From Candidatus Iainarchaeum sp. (GTDB taxonomy: Archaea > Iainarchaeota > Iainarchaeia > Iainarchaeales > 0-14-0-20-30-16), in contig JAQTTP010000001.1 in assembly GCA_028710695.1 (NCBI GenBank), positions 120,001 to 152,000 on the forward strand: 32,000 nt of DNA, in the 5' to 3' direction. Shown here piece by piece: positions 24,039 to 31,951 of this stretch (positions are counted from its first letter, which is position 1; every line of letters begins with the position of its first letter). Made by a program: the position numbers and the translations under genes. The notes beneath the pieces are model-generated. The model worked only from the letters and a program-made list of their open reading frames with translations. It did not search any database and was not told the origin of the DNA.

Positions 24039-24499
24039 GGGCAAAATAGTCTTGTTAAAAGTTTTTTTGCATCATCTTTTGTTTTTTCCTTTGCTGCGAT
24101 TAATATTATTTCATTTTCTATTTCTGCATATTCTGGTTGTTTTAAAACCAGCAATGTTTTTTCAGGAGGTTTAAGAGTAGTGGCTTTATTCTCCGCCGCA
24201 TAGGCAAGATTGTAACTTATTTCTGATAAAATCAATGCAGATCTTTTATTTCCATCCGAAAATGGGTGTCTGGTAGATATAAAGATAAGACAATTAGCTG
24301 CAACATCAATCGGTTTTAATCTTTTTATTACTGTATCTTGTACTAAGTTATAAATTATAAAGTCAAGGGTGGACTCTGATCGGATTCCAAGTTCCCCCCC
24401 AGTTTTTTCTATTATTAAATTATGTATTTCAATAAATCTTGATTTTATTTGTTGTTCTAATTTAATTATTCTTTCTCCAATATGTTTGTCAATTTCCAA
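24035..24499 (-). CDS. doc: Fic/Doc-family protein (death-on-curing toxin-like)
   Basis: Motif HPFSDGNKRSAL (Doc-type HxFxDGNKR). TTG is the only start candidate after the upstream in-frame stop. Confidence 0.85.
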   Translation of the reverse strand: MEIDKHIGERIIKLEQQIKSRFIEIHNLIIEKTGGELGIRSESTLDFIIYNLVQDTVIKRLKPIDVAANCLIFISTRHPFSDGNKRSALILSEISYNLAYAAENKATTLKPPEKTLLVLKQPEYAEIENEIILIAAKEKTKDDAKKLLTRLFCP

Positions 24500-24503
24500 A
24501 TAA

Positions 24504-24638
24504 TCACTTTGTTGATAGACTCTTGAATAATGGGGCGTGCTTTGTTAGTATTTTTGAAACTCTTTTTTTAATATTGCTTTTGTTTTTTAGTTTCTTTTCC
24601 ATTTGCCCTATTCTTTTGTTTATATCCTTCGAAGTCAT
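24504..24638 (-). CDS. small basic ORF (44 aa) in antitoxin position upstream of doc
   Basis: Not in the ORF track because it is below the length threshold. ATG at 24638 is preceded by a GGTGA SD. It translates to MTSKDINKRIGQMEKKLKNKSNIKKRVSKILTKHAPLFKSLSTK. Its TGA stop lies 4 nt before the doc TTG start. Confidence 0.45.
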   Translation of the reverse strand: MTSKDINKRIGQMEKKLKNKSNIKKRVSKILTKHAPLFKSLSTK

Positions 24639-24668
24639 AAATAATATTCACCTTTTATTAATATAAAT

Positions 24669-26117
24669 CTATTTCCCTTTCTTCTCAGAATATAATTTAT
24701 TTATCAGTTCTTCTGGGTCTTCGTAGTACTTCTGAATGTATTGGGTAATCTCTTTGTATTCTTCTATTCCTTTGTTTAACAAGAATTCTAAAATCTTTTC
24801 TCTTAACTCAATTTCATCATAAATCTTTACTTTCTCTACGCCCATTGCCTTTGCAACATTTTCTAGAGTTCTTGATGGCACAGAACTTCTATTGGCCTTA
24901 TCATCGTCTTTGTCATATTCAAATACATTGCTTAGAAGAACTTTGTTGTCCATTCTTTCTATCTCCGCTATTTCTGAAACAAATCTTGTAATTCCTTTTT
25001 TGGTGTCAAATTGCTTTTTTATTGTTACTATTAAATTAAGCAAAGGGAGATTTGATTCTGGGATTGACATGGGCTCGCTTTTCAATCTGATAATTGCTTC
25101 TTTAGAATTGTTTGCGTGTAATGTGCCTAAAAGGCCATTGTGGCCTGTGTCCATAGCCGTAAACATGGTTCTTGCTTCTTCTCCTCTTACCTCTCCAACA
25201 ATTATTCTATCTGGTCGCATTCTCAAGGAGTTTTTTAGTAGCATATCCATAGTAACTTCTTCAACTGTACTTGTTTTTGGTCTTGCTTCAAGGGATATCC
25301 AATTCTCCCTATCTGATAAATTTAGCTCTGGGGTGTCTTCAATAGAAACTATCCTTTCATTATATCTTATGAAAGATGTTAAGGCAAAAAGCAGGGTTGT
25401 TTTTCCTGATCCTGAACCGCCAATAACTAGGGTGCTTTGTGGGCACAATCTGAATCCATCTATGCAAACCCACAAAAATGCTGCGGCCTCTTTTGAGATT
25501 GTATTATTTTTTATTAAAGATACAATGGATAGTGGCTTTTCAGTAAATTTTCTAATTGTAATTGTTGGGCTAAAAGGGGTTACATAATTTGAGGTAATAT
25601 TTATTCTTGAGCCATCAGGTAATCGGCCATCTAAAACTGGGTTGTGTTCATCTAATTTCTTTGAAGTTAGGTTTTGTAATTTATTTAAAAATGTAAGATA
25701 CTCTTCTTTTGTGAAATTAATATTTGTTTTACAAAGCCCTTCTTTTTTGTGGAATATGAATATTGGGGAATCTGTTTTATTTACCATAATTTCTTCGATT
25801 TCATCATTATCGAAAAAGAAGCTTAAGCCACCGTATCCAGATAAATATAAACTTATTGCTTCTGGCTGTTTTATAGATCCCATTCCAGATTTTGAAAGCA
25901 ATTCTTTTACAGTGGTGTTTAGGTCATCTTGTTCTATTTTATTTGGAAAAGTGCTGTTTGACATAACAAAATCTAGCTTTGAAAGTGCTTCTTTTAGAAA
26001 GGAGTCTCCTTTTTTTGAAAGATCTTTAATTTTTTTGATAAAAGAGTAGATTTCTTCTTTGTTCGAAACCTTGTAAATTTTAAAAGGATAATCTTGTTCT
26101 ATGGTATGCTCGCTCAT
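24669..26117 (-). CDS. type II/IV secretion-family ATPase (archaeal FlaI/ArlI/PilB-like)
   Basis: Walker A GGSGSGKTT, Walker B region RPDRIIVGEVRGEEA and His box TGHNGLLGTLHAN. The ATG at 26117 is preceded by GGTGG; GTG at 26126 is the alternative. Confidence 0.9.
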   Translation of the reverse strand: MSEHTIEQDYPFKIYKVSNKEEIYSFIKKIKDLSKKGDSFLKEALSKLDFVMSNSTFPNKIEQDDLNTTVKELLSKSGMGSIKQPEAISLYLSGYGGLSFFFDNDEIEEIMVNKTDSPIFIFHKKEGLCKTNINFTKEEYLTFLNKLQNLTSKKLDEHNPVLDGRLPDGSRINITSNYVTPFSPTITIRKFTEKPLSIVSLIKNNTISKEAAAFLWVCIDGFRLCPQSTLVIGGSGSGKTTLLFALTSFIRYNERIVSIEDTPELNLSDRENWISLEARPKTSTVEEVTMDMLLKNSLRMRPDRIIVGEVRGEEARTMFTAMDTGHNGLLGTLHANNSKEAIIRLKSEPMSIPESNLPLLNLIVTIKKQFDTKKGITRFVSEIAEIERMDNKVLLSNVFEYDKDDDKANRSSVPSRTLENVAKAMGVEKVKIYDEIELREKILEFLLNKGIEEYKEITQYIQKYYEDPEELINKLYSEKKGK

Positions 26118-26183
26118 AAAAACCACCGGTCGATAGTATATATTTCATAAAATAATATAAACCTCTGTGTTATATATCAAGAT

Positions 26184-27440
26184 ATGGAAGAAATTTTTGC
26201 AATAAAGAAGCAGATCTTGGAACTAATTAAGCCAACCCTGAAAGATAGAGAGAAATATAAGAAAAAGCTTTCAAAAATAATTCAGAAGATAATGAAATAT
26301 TCAAAAAAGAAAAATATTCCTCTGAACAAAGTGGTTGTGGCTGGCTCTTTTGCAAGAAATACTTCTCTAAAGGATAACACAGATTTTGATTTGTTTTTGC
26401 TTTTTGATAAAACAATTGAACTAGACAAAATTGTTGAATATAATAAAAAAATAATTTATTCTTGCTTTTGGAATAGAAGATTAGTAGAAAGTTATTCTGA
26501 ACACCCTTATGTGCAATACCAAAGAAAGAAATACAAAATAGATTTTGTGCCTGCTTATGAAATAGCAGATTATAAGGAAAGAAAAACAGCAGTAGATAGG
26601 ACTCCATTGCATTTAAAATATTTGCAAGAAAACCTGTCTGACAAGCAAAGAAATGATGTTCTTATTTTGAAGCAATTCTTGAAAAATAATTTGTTATACG
26701 GGTCTGATCAAAATATTTCTGGATTTTCAGGATATCTTGTGGAAGTTTTGATCTTGTATTACAAAGATTTTGAGAACTTTTTAATCCACTTTCCAAAGCT
26801 TAAAGAAAAATCTAGAATTGTATTAGAGAAGGATGGAAAGAAAGAATATTCTGATCCATTAGTTGTAATTGATCCTGTTGATCCAAATAGAAATGTGGCT
26901 GCGGCTCTGTCTCTAAAACAATTTGAGAGAACAAAAAAATTATGTAAGTTATTTTCGGAAAAGCCAAGTAAAGAATTTTTCTTTTCGGATCCCGAACCAA
27001 ATTTAGGAAATGTTTTGGTTTATAAAATAAAAAAGCCGGAAAAAAATACAGATATATTGTACGGAATGGTAAATAGAACTTTAAAAAGAATAACTCAATC
27101 TGTGTCCGAAGTTGAGGGAATAAATTCATATATAGATTCTGATTTATATTTAGTCTTTTGTTTATCGAAATTAGAACAAGAAAAAGTTTTTGAGGTAAAA
27201 GGGCCGTCTGCGAAAGACGTAGAAAATGGAAAAAAGTTCAAGGAGAAGCACCCAATTGTTTATGAAAGAAATGGAATCTTGTTTGCAAAAGAAGAGAATA
27301 AAGAAACAAATGTGGAAAAAATAATTGATTCACAAGTAATTCAATACTTTGGAAAGTTTAAGAAGATTATAAAAATAGATTCAAGTAAAACAATTTTAAA
27401 GAAAAAGATCTTGGAAGCAAAAGGATTTGTGAGATTATAA
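26184..27440 (+). CDS. cca: CCA-adding tRNA nucleotidyltransferase (archaeal class I)
   Basis: VVVAGSFARNTSLKDNTDFDLFLLF is the class-I G[SG]...DxD motif, followed by RTPLH. Both tRNA genes in the window lack an encoded CCA. Confidence 0.9.
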   Translation: MEEIFAIKKQILELIKPTLKDREKYKKKLSKIIQKIMKYSKKKNIPLNKVVVAGSFARNTSLKDNTDFDLFLLFDKTIELDKIVEYNKKIIYSCFWNRRLVESYSEHPYVQYQRKKYKIDFVPAYEIADYKERKTAVDRTPLHLKYLQENLSDKQRNDVLILKQFLKNNLLYGSDQNISGFSGYLVEVLILYYKDFENFLIHFPKLKEKSRIVLEKDGKKEYSDPLVVIDPVDPNRNVAAALSLKQFERTKKLCKLFSEKPSKEFFFSDPEPNLGNVLVYKIKKPEKNTDILYGMVNRTLKRITQSVSEVEGINSYIDSDLYLVFCLSKLEQEKVFEVKGPSAKDVENGKKFKEKHPIVYERNGILFAKEENKETNVEKIIDSQVIQYFGKFKKIIKIDSSKTILKKKILEAKGFVRL

Positions 27441-27443
27441 TAG

Positions 27444-27854
27444 TCATTTCAAAGCAGCAGATAGTATTTGCATCTCTTTGTCTAATGTTTTTTGTTTTCC
27501 TAATAACTCTCTTACATGTTCATCAAAACTTTTTAAGTTTTTATATCTGGCGGCAAGATCTTCATATCTTTTTCTTTCCTGTTCAACGCCTCTGCTTTTT
27601 ATTGCATTTAGTTCACTTACTATTTGGCCTAGTTCTTCTTTTACGTCTGTGAGCCTACGTCTAATAACCTCTCTTGCATGCCCACGTAATTCCGTAGAAA
27701 CAAGAGACCCCCTTATATCCCCCGCCCTAATTTCCTCATGTTCTGCTACTAAACCTTTTGCCTTTTTTCTTTGTGCTAACGCCGCTAATACAGATTGTTC
27801 TTTCATAAGGTGCCTTACTACTATTGGATGATGGTGTGGAACAGGGGTATGCAT
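27444..27854 (-). CDS. hypothetical coiled-coil protein with His-rich N-terminus
   Basis: The ATG at 27854 gives MHTPVPHHHPIVV followed by 120 aa that look helical. The tracked 205-aa ORF adds an implausible I/N/F-rich leader. The protein is Arg-rich, unlike its K-rich neighbours. Confidence 0.6.
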   Translation of the reverse strand: MHTPVPHHHPIVVRHLMKEQSVLAALAQRKKAKGLVAEHEEIRAGDIRGSLVSTELRGHAREVIRRRLTDVKEELGQIVSELNAIKSRGVEQERKRYEDLAARYKNLKSFDEHVRELLGKQKTLDKEMQILSAALK

Positions 27855-27918
27855 AAATATCACTTTATTATTATACTGACTTGATAAATTTATATCTTTT
27901 GTGGCTCTAATATTAATT

Positions 27919-28317
27919 ATGATTATATATATTTCATACAAATTCTCGGAAATGGACAAATTTCTCCTTAAAGAAAAACTGAAAATGCTTTCTAAGGCTC
28001 TTGAAAACCAAGGAAATAAAACAAAAGTGTTTTTTAGAGATGTGCAAAACTGGGGCGACACCCAAGTTAAGCAAGAAGAAATTTTGCCAAAAGCTTATGA
28101 AATGATAAAAGAATCTGATGCCATTTTTGCTTTTGTGGATGTTGGAGAAAAAAGTGAAGGCCAACTTCTTGAGATTGGATTTGCAAAAGCAAAAGGAAAG
28201 AAAATTGTTCTTGCAATTAAAGACGGCCTTGGATACAAGTTCTTACGAATGATTGCAGATGAGGTTATTGAATTTGAAAACCTCGATGACCTGATAAATC
28301 AAATTAATGCTTTGTAA
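27919..28317 (+). CDS. nucleoside 2-deoxyribosyltransferase-like superfamily protein
   Basis: SEGQLLEIGFAKAKGKKIVL resembles the conserved xGxxxExGxAxAxGK motif. The ATG at 27919 gives MIIYISYKFS, a plausible first beta-strand. Alternative starts are 27901 (GTG) and 27952 (ATG). Confidence 0.55.
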   Translation: MIIYISYKFSEMDKFLLKEKLKMLSKALENQGNKTKVFFRDVQNWGDTQVKQEEILPKAYEMIKESDAIFAFVDVGEKSEGQLLEIGFAKAKGKKIVLAIKDGLGYKFLRMIADEVIEFENLDDLINQINAL

Positions 28318-28334
28318 GTGATGTTGGTGATTTT

Positions 28335-29072
28335 ATGGACTTGAATAAAGATGCATATGGTTGGGAAGTATGGGATTATCAAAATAAAAAAGAAGGATTT
28401 GAAATAATTCATAGAGGGGATAATACTTATTGGATTTCATCCGGCCCTAAATCATATTTTTCTAAATATAAGGATTGGCCAGAAAATCTAAAGAAAGCCT
28501 TAAAACTTGCAAAGGGAAGTATATTAGATGTTGGTTGTGGTGCAGGCAGAACTTGTTTGTACTTGCAGAAAAAAGGCCACAAAGTTGTGGGTATAGATAA
28601 TTCTCCTTTAGCTGTAAAAACTTGTAAGGCAAGGGGAGTAAAAAATGTAAAAATAATGGGTATAGAGGATATTGAAAAATTAAAAGAAAAGTTTGATACT
28701 ATTCTAATGCTTGGAAACAATTTTGGATTATTTGGAAGTTATAAAAAAGCAAAAGATCTTTTGAAGAAAATGCACACAATCACTTCGAAAGAAGCAGTAA
28801 TAATTGCTGAAAGTATTGATCCTTATAAAACAAAAGACCCACTTAATTTGGAATACCAAAAGAGCAATGTAAAACAAGGAAGAATGGCTGGCCAATTAAA
28901 GTTACAAGTAGTATATAAAAAATATATTGGGAATTGGTTTGATTATTTGATTGTGTCTAAGAAAGAGATGAAAGATATATTGAAAGGAACTGGTTGGAAA
29001 ATTCGGGCATTTATAAACCCTACAAAATGGAACAAATGCTATATTGCAATAATTGAAAAAGAAAAAAAATAA
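28335..29072 (+). CDS. class I SAM-dependent methyltransferase
   Basis: Motif I ILDVGCGAGRTCLYL, motif II VVGIDNSP and post-I acidic residues. Confidence 0.85.
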   Translation: MDLNKDAYGWEVWDYQNKKEGFEIIHRGDNTYWISSGPKSYFSKYKDWPENLKKALKLAKGSILDVGCGAGRTCLYLQKKGHKVVGIDNSPLAVKTCKARGVKNVKIMGIEDIEKLKEKFDTILMLGNNFGLFGSYKKAKDLLKKMHTITSKEAVIIAESIDPYKTKDPLNLEYQKSNVKQGRMAGQLKLQVVYKKYIGNWFDYLIVSKKEMKDILKGTGWKIRAFINPTKWNKCYIAIIEKEKK

Positions 29073-29085
29073 TTGTGTGATTTTA

Positions 29086-29931
29086 ATGCAAACAACAAAA
29101 CAAATAGAGCAAGAAATAAAAAACACAATAGAAGGCTATAAGCTTTGCAACAAAAAAGAAAAAGTTCTTGTTGCTCTTTCTGGCGGAAAAGATTCTGCTA
29201 CAACTCTTTATGTTTTGAAAAAGTTAGGCTACAATGTTGAGGCATTTTATTTGGATCTTCTTATTGGAGATTGGAGCAAGAAAAATCTTGATGCCACAAT
29301 AAAATTATGTGAAAAATTAAAAGTGAAATTGCATTTAGTAAACATACGTGATGAATTAGGATATTCCATGTGCTCTATTCGTGGTGGAATAAAATCTAAA
29401 GAGAAATTAAGTAATTGTATGATTTGTGGAGTAATAAAAAGATATTTGCTAAATAGAAAAGCAAGAGAATTAGGTGCAAAGAAAATTGCAACGGGCCACA
29501 ATCTAGATGACGAAATAGAAGTTTACTTTATGAATTTGTTAAAAGCAAATACTGATTTATTGTGGGGTGTAGGCCCGCAAAATGGTGTGACTTTAGATAA
29601 AAAGTTTGTGCCAAGAATTAAGCCTTTGTATTTCATTACAAATGCAGAAACAAGAAAATTTACAAAAGCTTTGAAGCTTCCAGTTGTTTATGAAAAATGT
29701 CCTTGTTCTACAAAAGCAGGAATCAGAAATGATGTGCGAGCAATGGTATTAGAATTTGAAAAGAAAAACAAAAAGATCAAGAAAGAATTAATAAAAAATA
29801 TGTTAGAACTAATAAAACAGAATCGCCCAAGAAAAATCGGGGCCATAGCTTATTGTGAAAAATGTGGAGAACCATCAAGGAACGCCGTTTGTAAGAGTTG
29901 CTTGCTTTTCGAGAAAATGTTTAAGAAATAG
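29086..29931 (+). CDS. PP-loop tRNA 2-thiolase (TtcA/TtuA/NcsA family)
   Basis: PP-loop VALSGGKDSATTL, Fe-S cysteines CMIC and CPC, and a C-terminal zinc ribbon CEKC...CKSC. The ATG at 29086 is preferred over the tracked poly-K start at 29053, which overlaps the previous gene. Confidence 0.85.
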   Translation: MQTTKQIEQEIKNTIEGYKLCNKKEKVLVALSGGKDSATTLYVLKKLGYNVEAFYLDLLIGDWSKKNLDATIKLCEKLKVKLHLVNIRDELGYSMCSIRGGIKSKEKLSNCMICGVIKRYLLNRKARELGAKKIATGHNLDDEIEVYFMNLLKANTDLLWGVGPQNGVTLDKKFVPRIKPLYFITNAETRKFTKALKLPVVYEKCPCSTKAGIRNDVRAMVLEFEKKNKKIKKELIKNMLELIKQNRPRKIGAIAYCEKCGEPSRNAVCKSCLLFEKMFKK

Positions 29932-30024
29932 CTCTAAAGCCTTGACTTTAAATTTATAATCTTTTCTGTTAATACATATATATGCCTAATGTAAGGCTGA
30001 AAAACAATATAGGAGTTGAATAAA

Positions 30025-30270
30025 ATGAATGGAACAGTAAAATTCTACAATGTAAAGAAGAGATTTGGATTCATAACTGGGGAAGACAGCAAAGATTACT
30101 TTGTTCACTTGTCTGGTGTTGAAAAGGGAAATTTTTTAACAGAGAATTCAAAAGTTGAGTTTGAAGTTGAAAACGACGAAAAAGGTCCTAAGGCAGTTAA
30201 TGTTAAATTAACAGAACCAAACCCACCAAGAGAAAGAAAGCCAAGAAAGACTGAAGACGAAGAAGAATAA
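30025..30270 (+). CDS. csp: cold-shock domain protein with charged C-terminal tail
   Basis: MNGTVKFYNVKKRFGFI contains an RNP1-like motif and DYFVHLSGV an RNP2-like motif. AGGAG SD lies 9 nt upstream of the ATG at 30025. Confidence 0.9.
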   Translation: MNGTVKFYNVKKRFGFITGEDSKDYFVHLSGVEKGNFLTENSKVEFEVENDEKGPKAVNVKLTEPNPPRERKPRKTEDEEE

Positions 30271-30288
30271 AATCTAATTTTTTAGATT
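30271..30288. terminator. hairpin AATCTAA-TTTT-TTAGATT between convergent csp and membrane-protein genes
   Basis: 7-bp perfect inverted repeat containing a T-run, located in a 23-nt convergent intergenic gap. Confidence 0.4.
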
Positions 30289-30293
30289 ATGCT

Positions 30294-30848
30294 TTAGAGG
30301 GCATTATGCCCTTTATCTTTTTTCATTCTATCCGCAACATTGTATCTCTCGTCATTAGGATAGAATGTGGCGTAATATTTCTGGAATAATCTTGATTTTG
30401 TAAACTTTCTTAAATTTGTGGAGATTGCTTTTATCATTTTTGGTATTGCATCGAATTTTGACAAGAACTTTACCATTTTGTCGCCTTTTATTGCTTCGTG
30501 TACAATTGCCTGGCCAACAAGGATCTTTTCTGTTTCTGCAAATATCAAGTAAGTTCTATTTATTGCTCCAAAAATAAGCCCAAATGGAAATACAGCAAGG
30601 ATATCTAACCAGTGATGTGTGAAGAAGAACCTTACATTTTTTGACCTTTTGTAAATTATGATTAAATCAGTTCCAAATACTACAATAACTAATATGTCAA
30701 TAATTTCAAATACAAGTTGCATACCGGGGAGTTTTGTATTACCAAAGATACTATAAAATATTACAAAAATAAGTAGAACAAGAACAAGTGGCATGATTCT
30801 GCTGTTTATTCTGTCAACTTTTTTTAAGAAGGGGCTAAGTTCTCCCAT
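30294..30848 (-). CDS. ion-transport-family voltage-sensor-like membrane protein lacking a pore domain
   Basis: S1-like IMPLVLVLLIFVIFYSIFG, S2-like FEIIDILVIVVFGTDLIIIY and S3-like HHWLDILAVFPFGLIFG. The following segment is K/R-periodic. No TxGYG-type pore motif is present. Confidence 0.6.
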   Translation of the reverse strand: MGELSPFLKKVDRINSRIMPLVLVLLIFVIFYSIFGNTKLPGMQLVFEIIDILVIVVFGTDLIIIYKRSKNVRFFFTHHWLDILAVFPFGLIFGAINRTYLIFAETEKILVGQAIVHEAIKGDKMVKFLSKFDAIPKMIKAISTNLRKFTKSRLFQKYYATFYPNDERYNVADRMKKDKGHNAL

Positions 30849-30974
30849 ATTTATAATAAAACAAACCTATTTAAGTGATTTTCTATTTATAAACGAGATC
30901 CGGCTAGTTTTTTAAGATAATAGCCCCTTATTTTTATAGAATAAATGGTATAAAGGGTGGAGGAGGGGTAAAAG

Positions 30975-31133
30975 ATGCCAGTAAATTATTCTATTGCAAG
31001 CGGGCCGGGTGCCTGCACATGTGGTGGTTGTGTTCATTATAAGCCATTTCCAGATAATCCAAAGAAAGGAAAATGCTTTAGTAGCGAAGTAGAATGCTCT
31101 GGGCATTGTAAGTTCTTTAGATATAAAAGGTAG
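30975..31133 (+). CDS. small Cys-rich protein (52 aa), HiPIP-like cysteine spacing
   Basis: Not in the ORF track because it is below the length threshold. A strong SD (GGAGGAGGGG) ends 6 nt before the ATG. It translates to MPVNYSIASGPGACTCGGCVHYKPFPDNPKKGKCFSSEVECSGHCKFFRYKR. Confidence 0.5.
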   Translation: MPVNYSIASGPGACTCGGCVHYKPFPDNPKKGKCFSSEVECSGHCKFFRYKR

Positions 31134-31147
31134 ATTCCCGCCTTTTT

Positions 31148-31951
31148 TTATTTTTTTGCTAAATAAATCGGAAAAATAAAATCAAGTAGGTAACCTGTTT
31201 TTGTTATCTTAATGTTTTTTGGTTGTACTTTTGATTTTAAAATTATCTTTTGTATTTTTTCTATTTCTATCTTTGTGAAATCATATCTTTCTATGTGTTC
31301 TTTTTCTGTTAGTTTCATATTATTTGACTTGCCAATAAGTTTTAATTCTTTAAAGCCAGCTTTTGAATATAATTCTGAAATACTTTCTTTGGATTGAAAA
31401 TGCCTTTTGCCTATTAGCTTGTTTGAAGCATAAATTTTATCTGCTAAATCTCTGTCTTTATTTGTTGGCATTGCTGCACAACAATTTATGAACAGACCAG
31501 ATTCTGTTAAATGTTTTTTAATGTTTTTTAGCGCCTTGACCTGTAATTTTTCTTTGTAAATATAATCCAAAGAGGAACGCATAATAATTAAATCAAACTT
31601 TGTGCATAGATCACAAGTTAGAATGTCTGCAAGAACTTTTTTTGTTTTTGGATTTTTATTTTCATCTAATTGTTTTTGTGAAATGTCTAATAAGGTAAGT
31701 TCTGACTTTATGTTATGTTTTTTGAGAGAAAGAATTAGTTTTTCTCCTAGGAGACCATTACCGCCTGCAACATAAAGGATTTCAATTTTCTTTTTGTTTA
31801 ATTTTTTTATGTGTGGTAGGCAAGCTTTAATAAAAAGATTAATATTTGTTGTATCTGAAAAATAAGAATTATAAGTTTTATTCCAATTCTTTCCAAGAAC
31901 ATTTTTGTCAGTTTCTAAATTATTCTTGGAAATCTTTGTTATTTTTTGCAT
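31148..31951 (-). CDS. putative SAM-dependent methyltransferase
   Basis: Motif I-like ILYVAGGNGLLGEKL, an acidic LLDIS motif 20 aa later, and DLIIMRSSL resembling motif IV. Confidence 0.55.
   Translation of the reverse strand: MQKITKISKNNLETDKNVLGKNWNKTYNSYFSDTTNINLFIKACLPHIKKLNKKKIEILYVAGGNGLLGEKLILSLKKHNIKSELTLLDISQKQLDENKNPKTKKVLADILTCDLCTKFDLIIMRSSLDYIYKEKLQVKALKNIKKHLTESGLFINCCAAMPTNKDRDLADKIYASNKLIGKRHFQSKESISELYSKAGFKELKLIGKSNNMKLTEKEHIERYDFTKIEIEKIQKIILKSKVQPKNIKITKTGYLLDFIFPIYLAKK

Noticed and set aside
24892-25587. 231-aa plus-strand ORF, with a further 135-aa ORF at 25642-26049
   Set aside because: Both lie entirely antisense to the ATPase gene, whose Walker A, Walker B and His-box motifs establish the minus strand as coding. 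The antisense translations are S/L/F/I-rich with no motifs.
27855-28061. 69-aa N-terminal extension of the coiled-coil ORF, plus the antisense 117-aa ORF at 27478-27831
   Set aside because: The extension is I/N/F/S-rich junk running through the divergent promoter region and into the neighbouring gene. The antisense ORF is an S/L/F-rich shadow of the helical protein.
30912-31106. 64-aa minus-strand ORF
   Set aside because: It has no SD and an implausible W/L/T-rich sequence. The opposite strand carries a better-supported 52-aa Cys-rich ORF with a strong GGAGG site.
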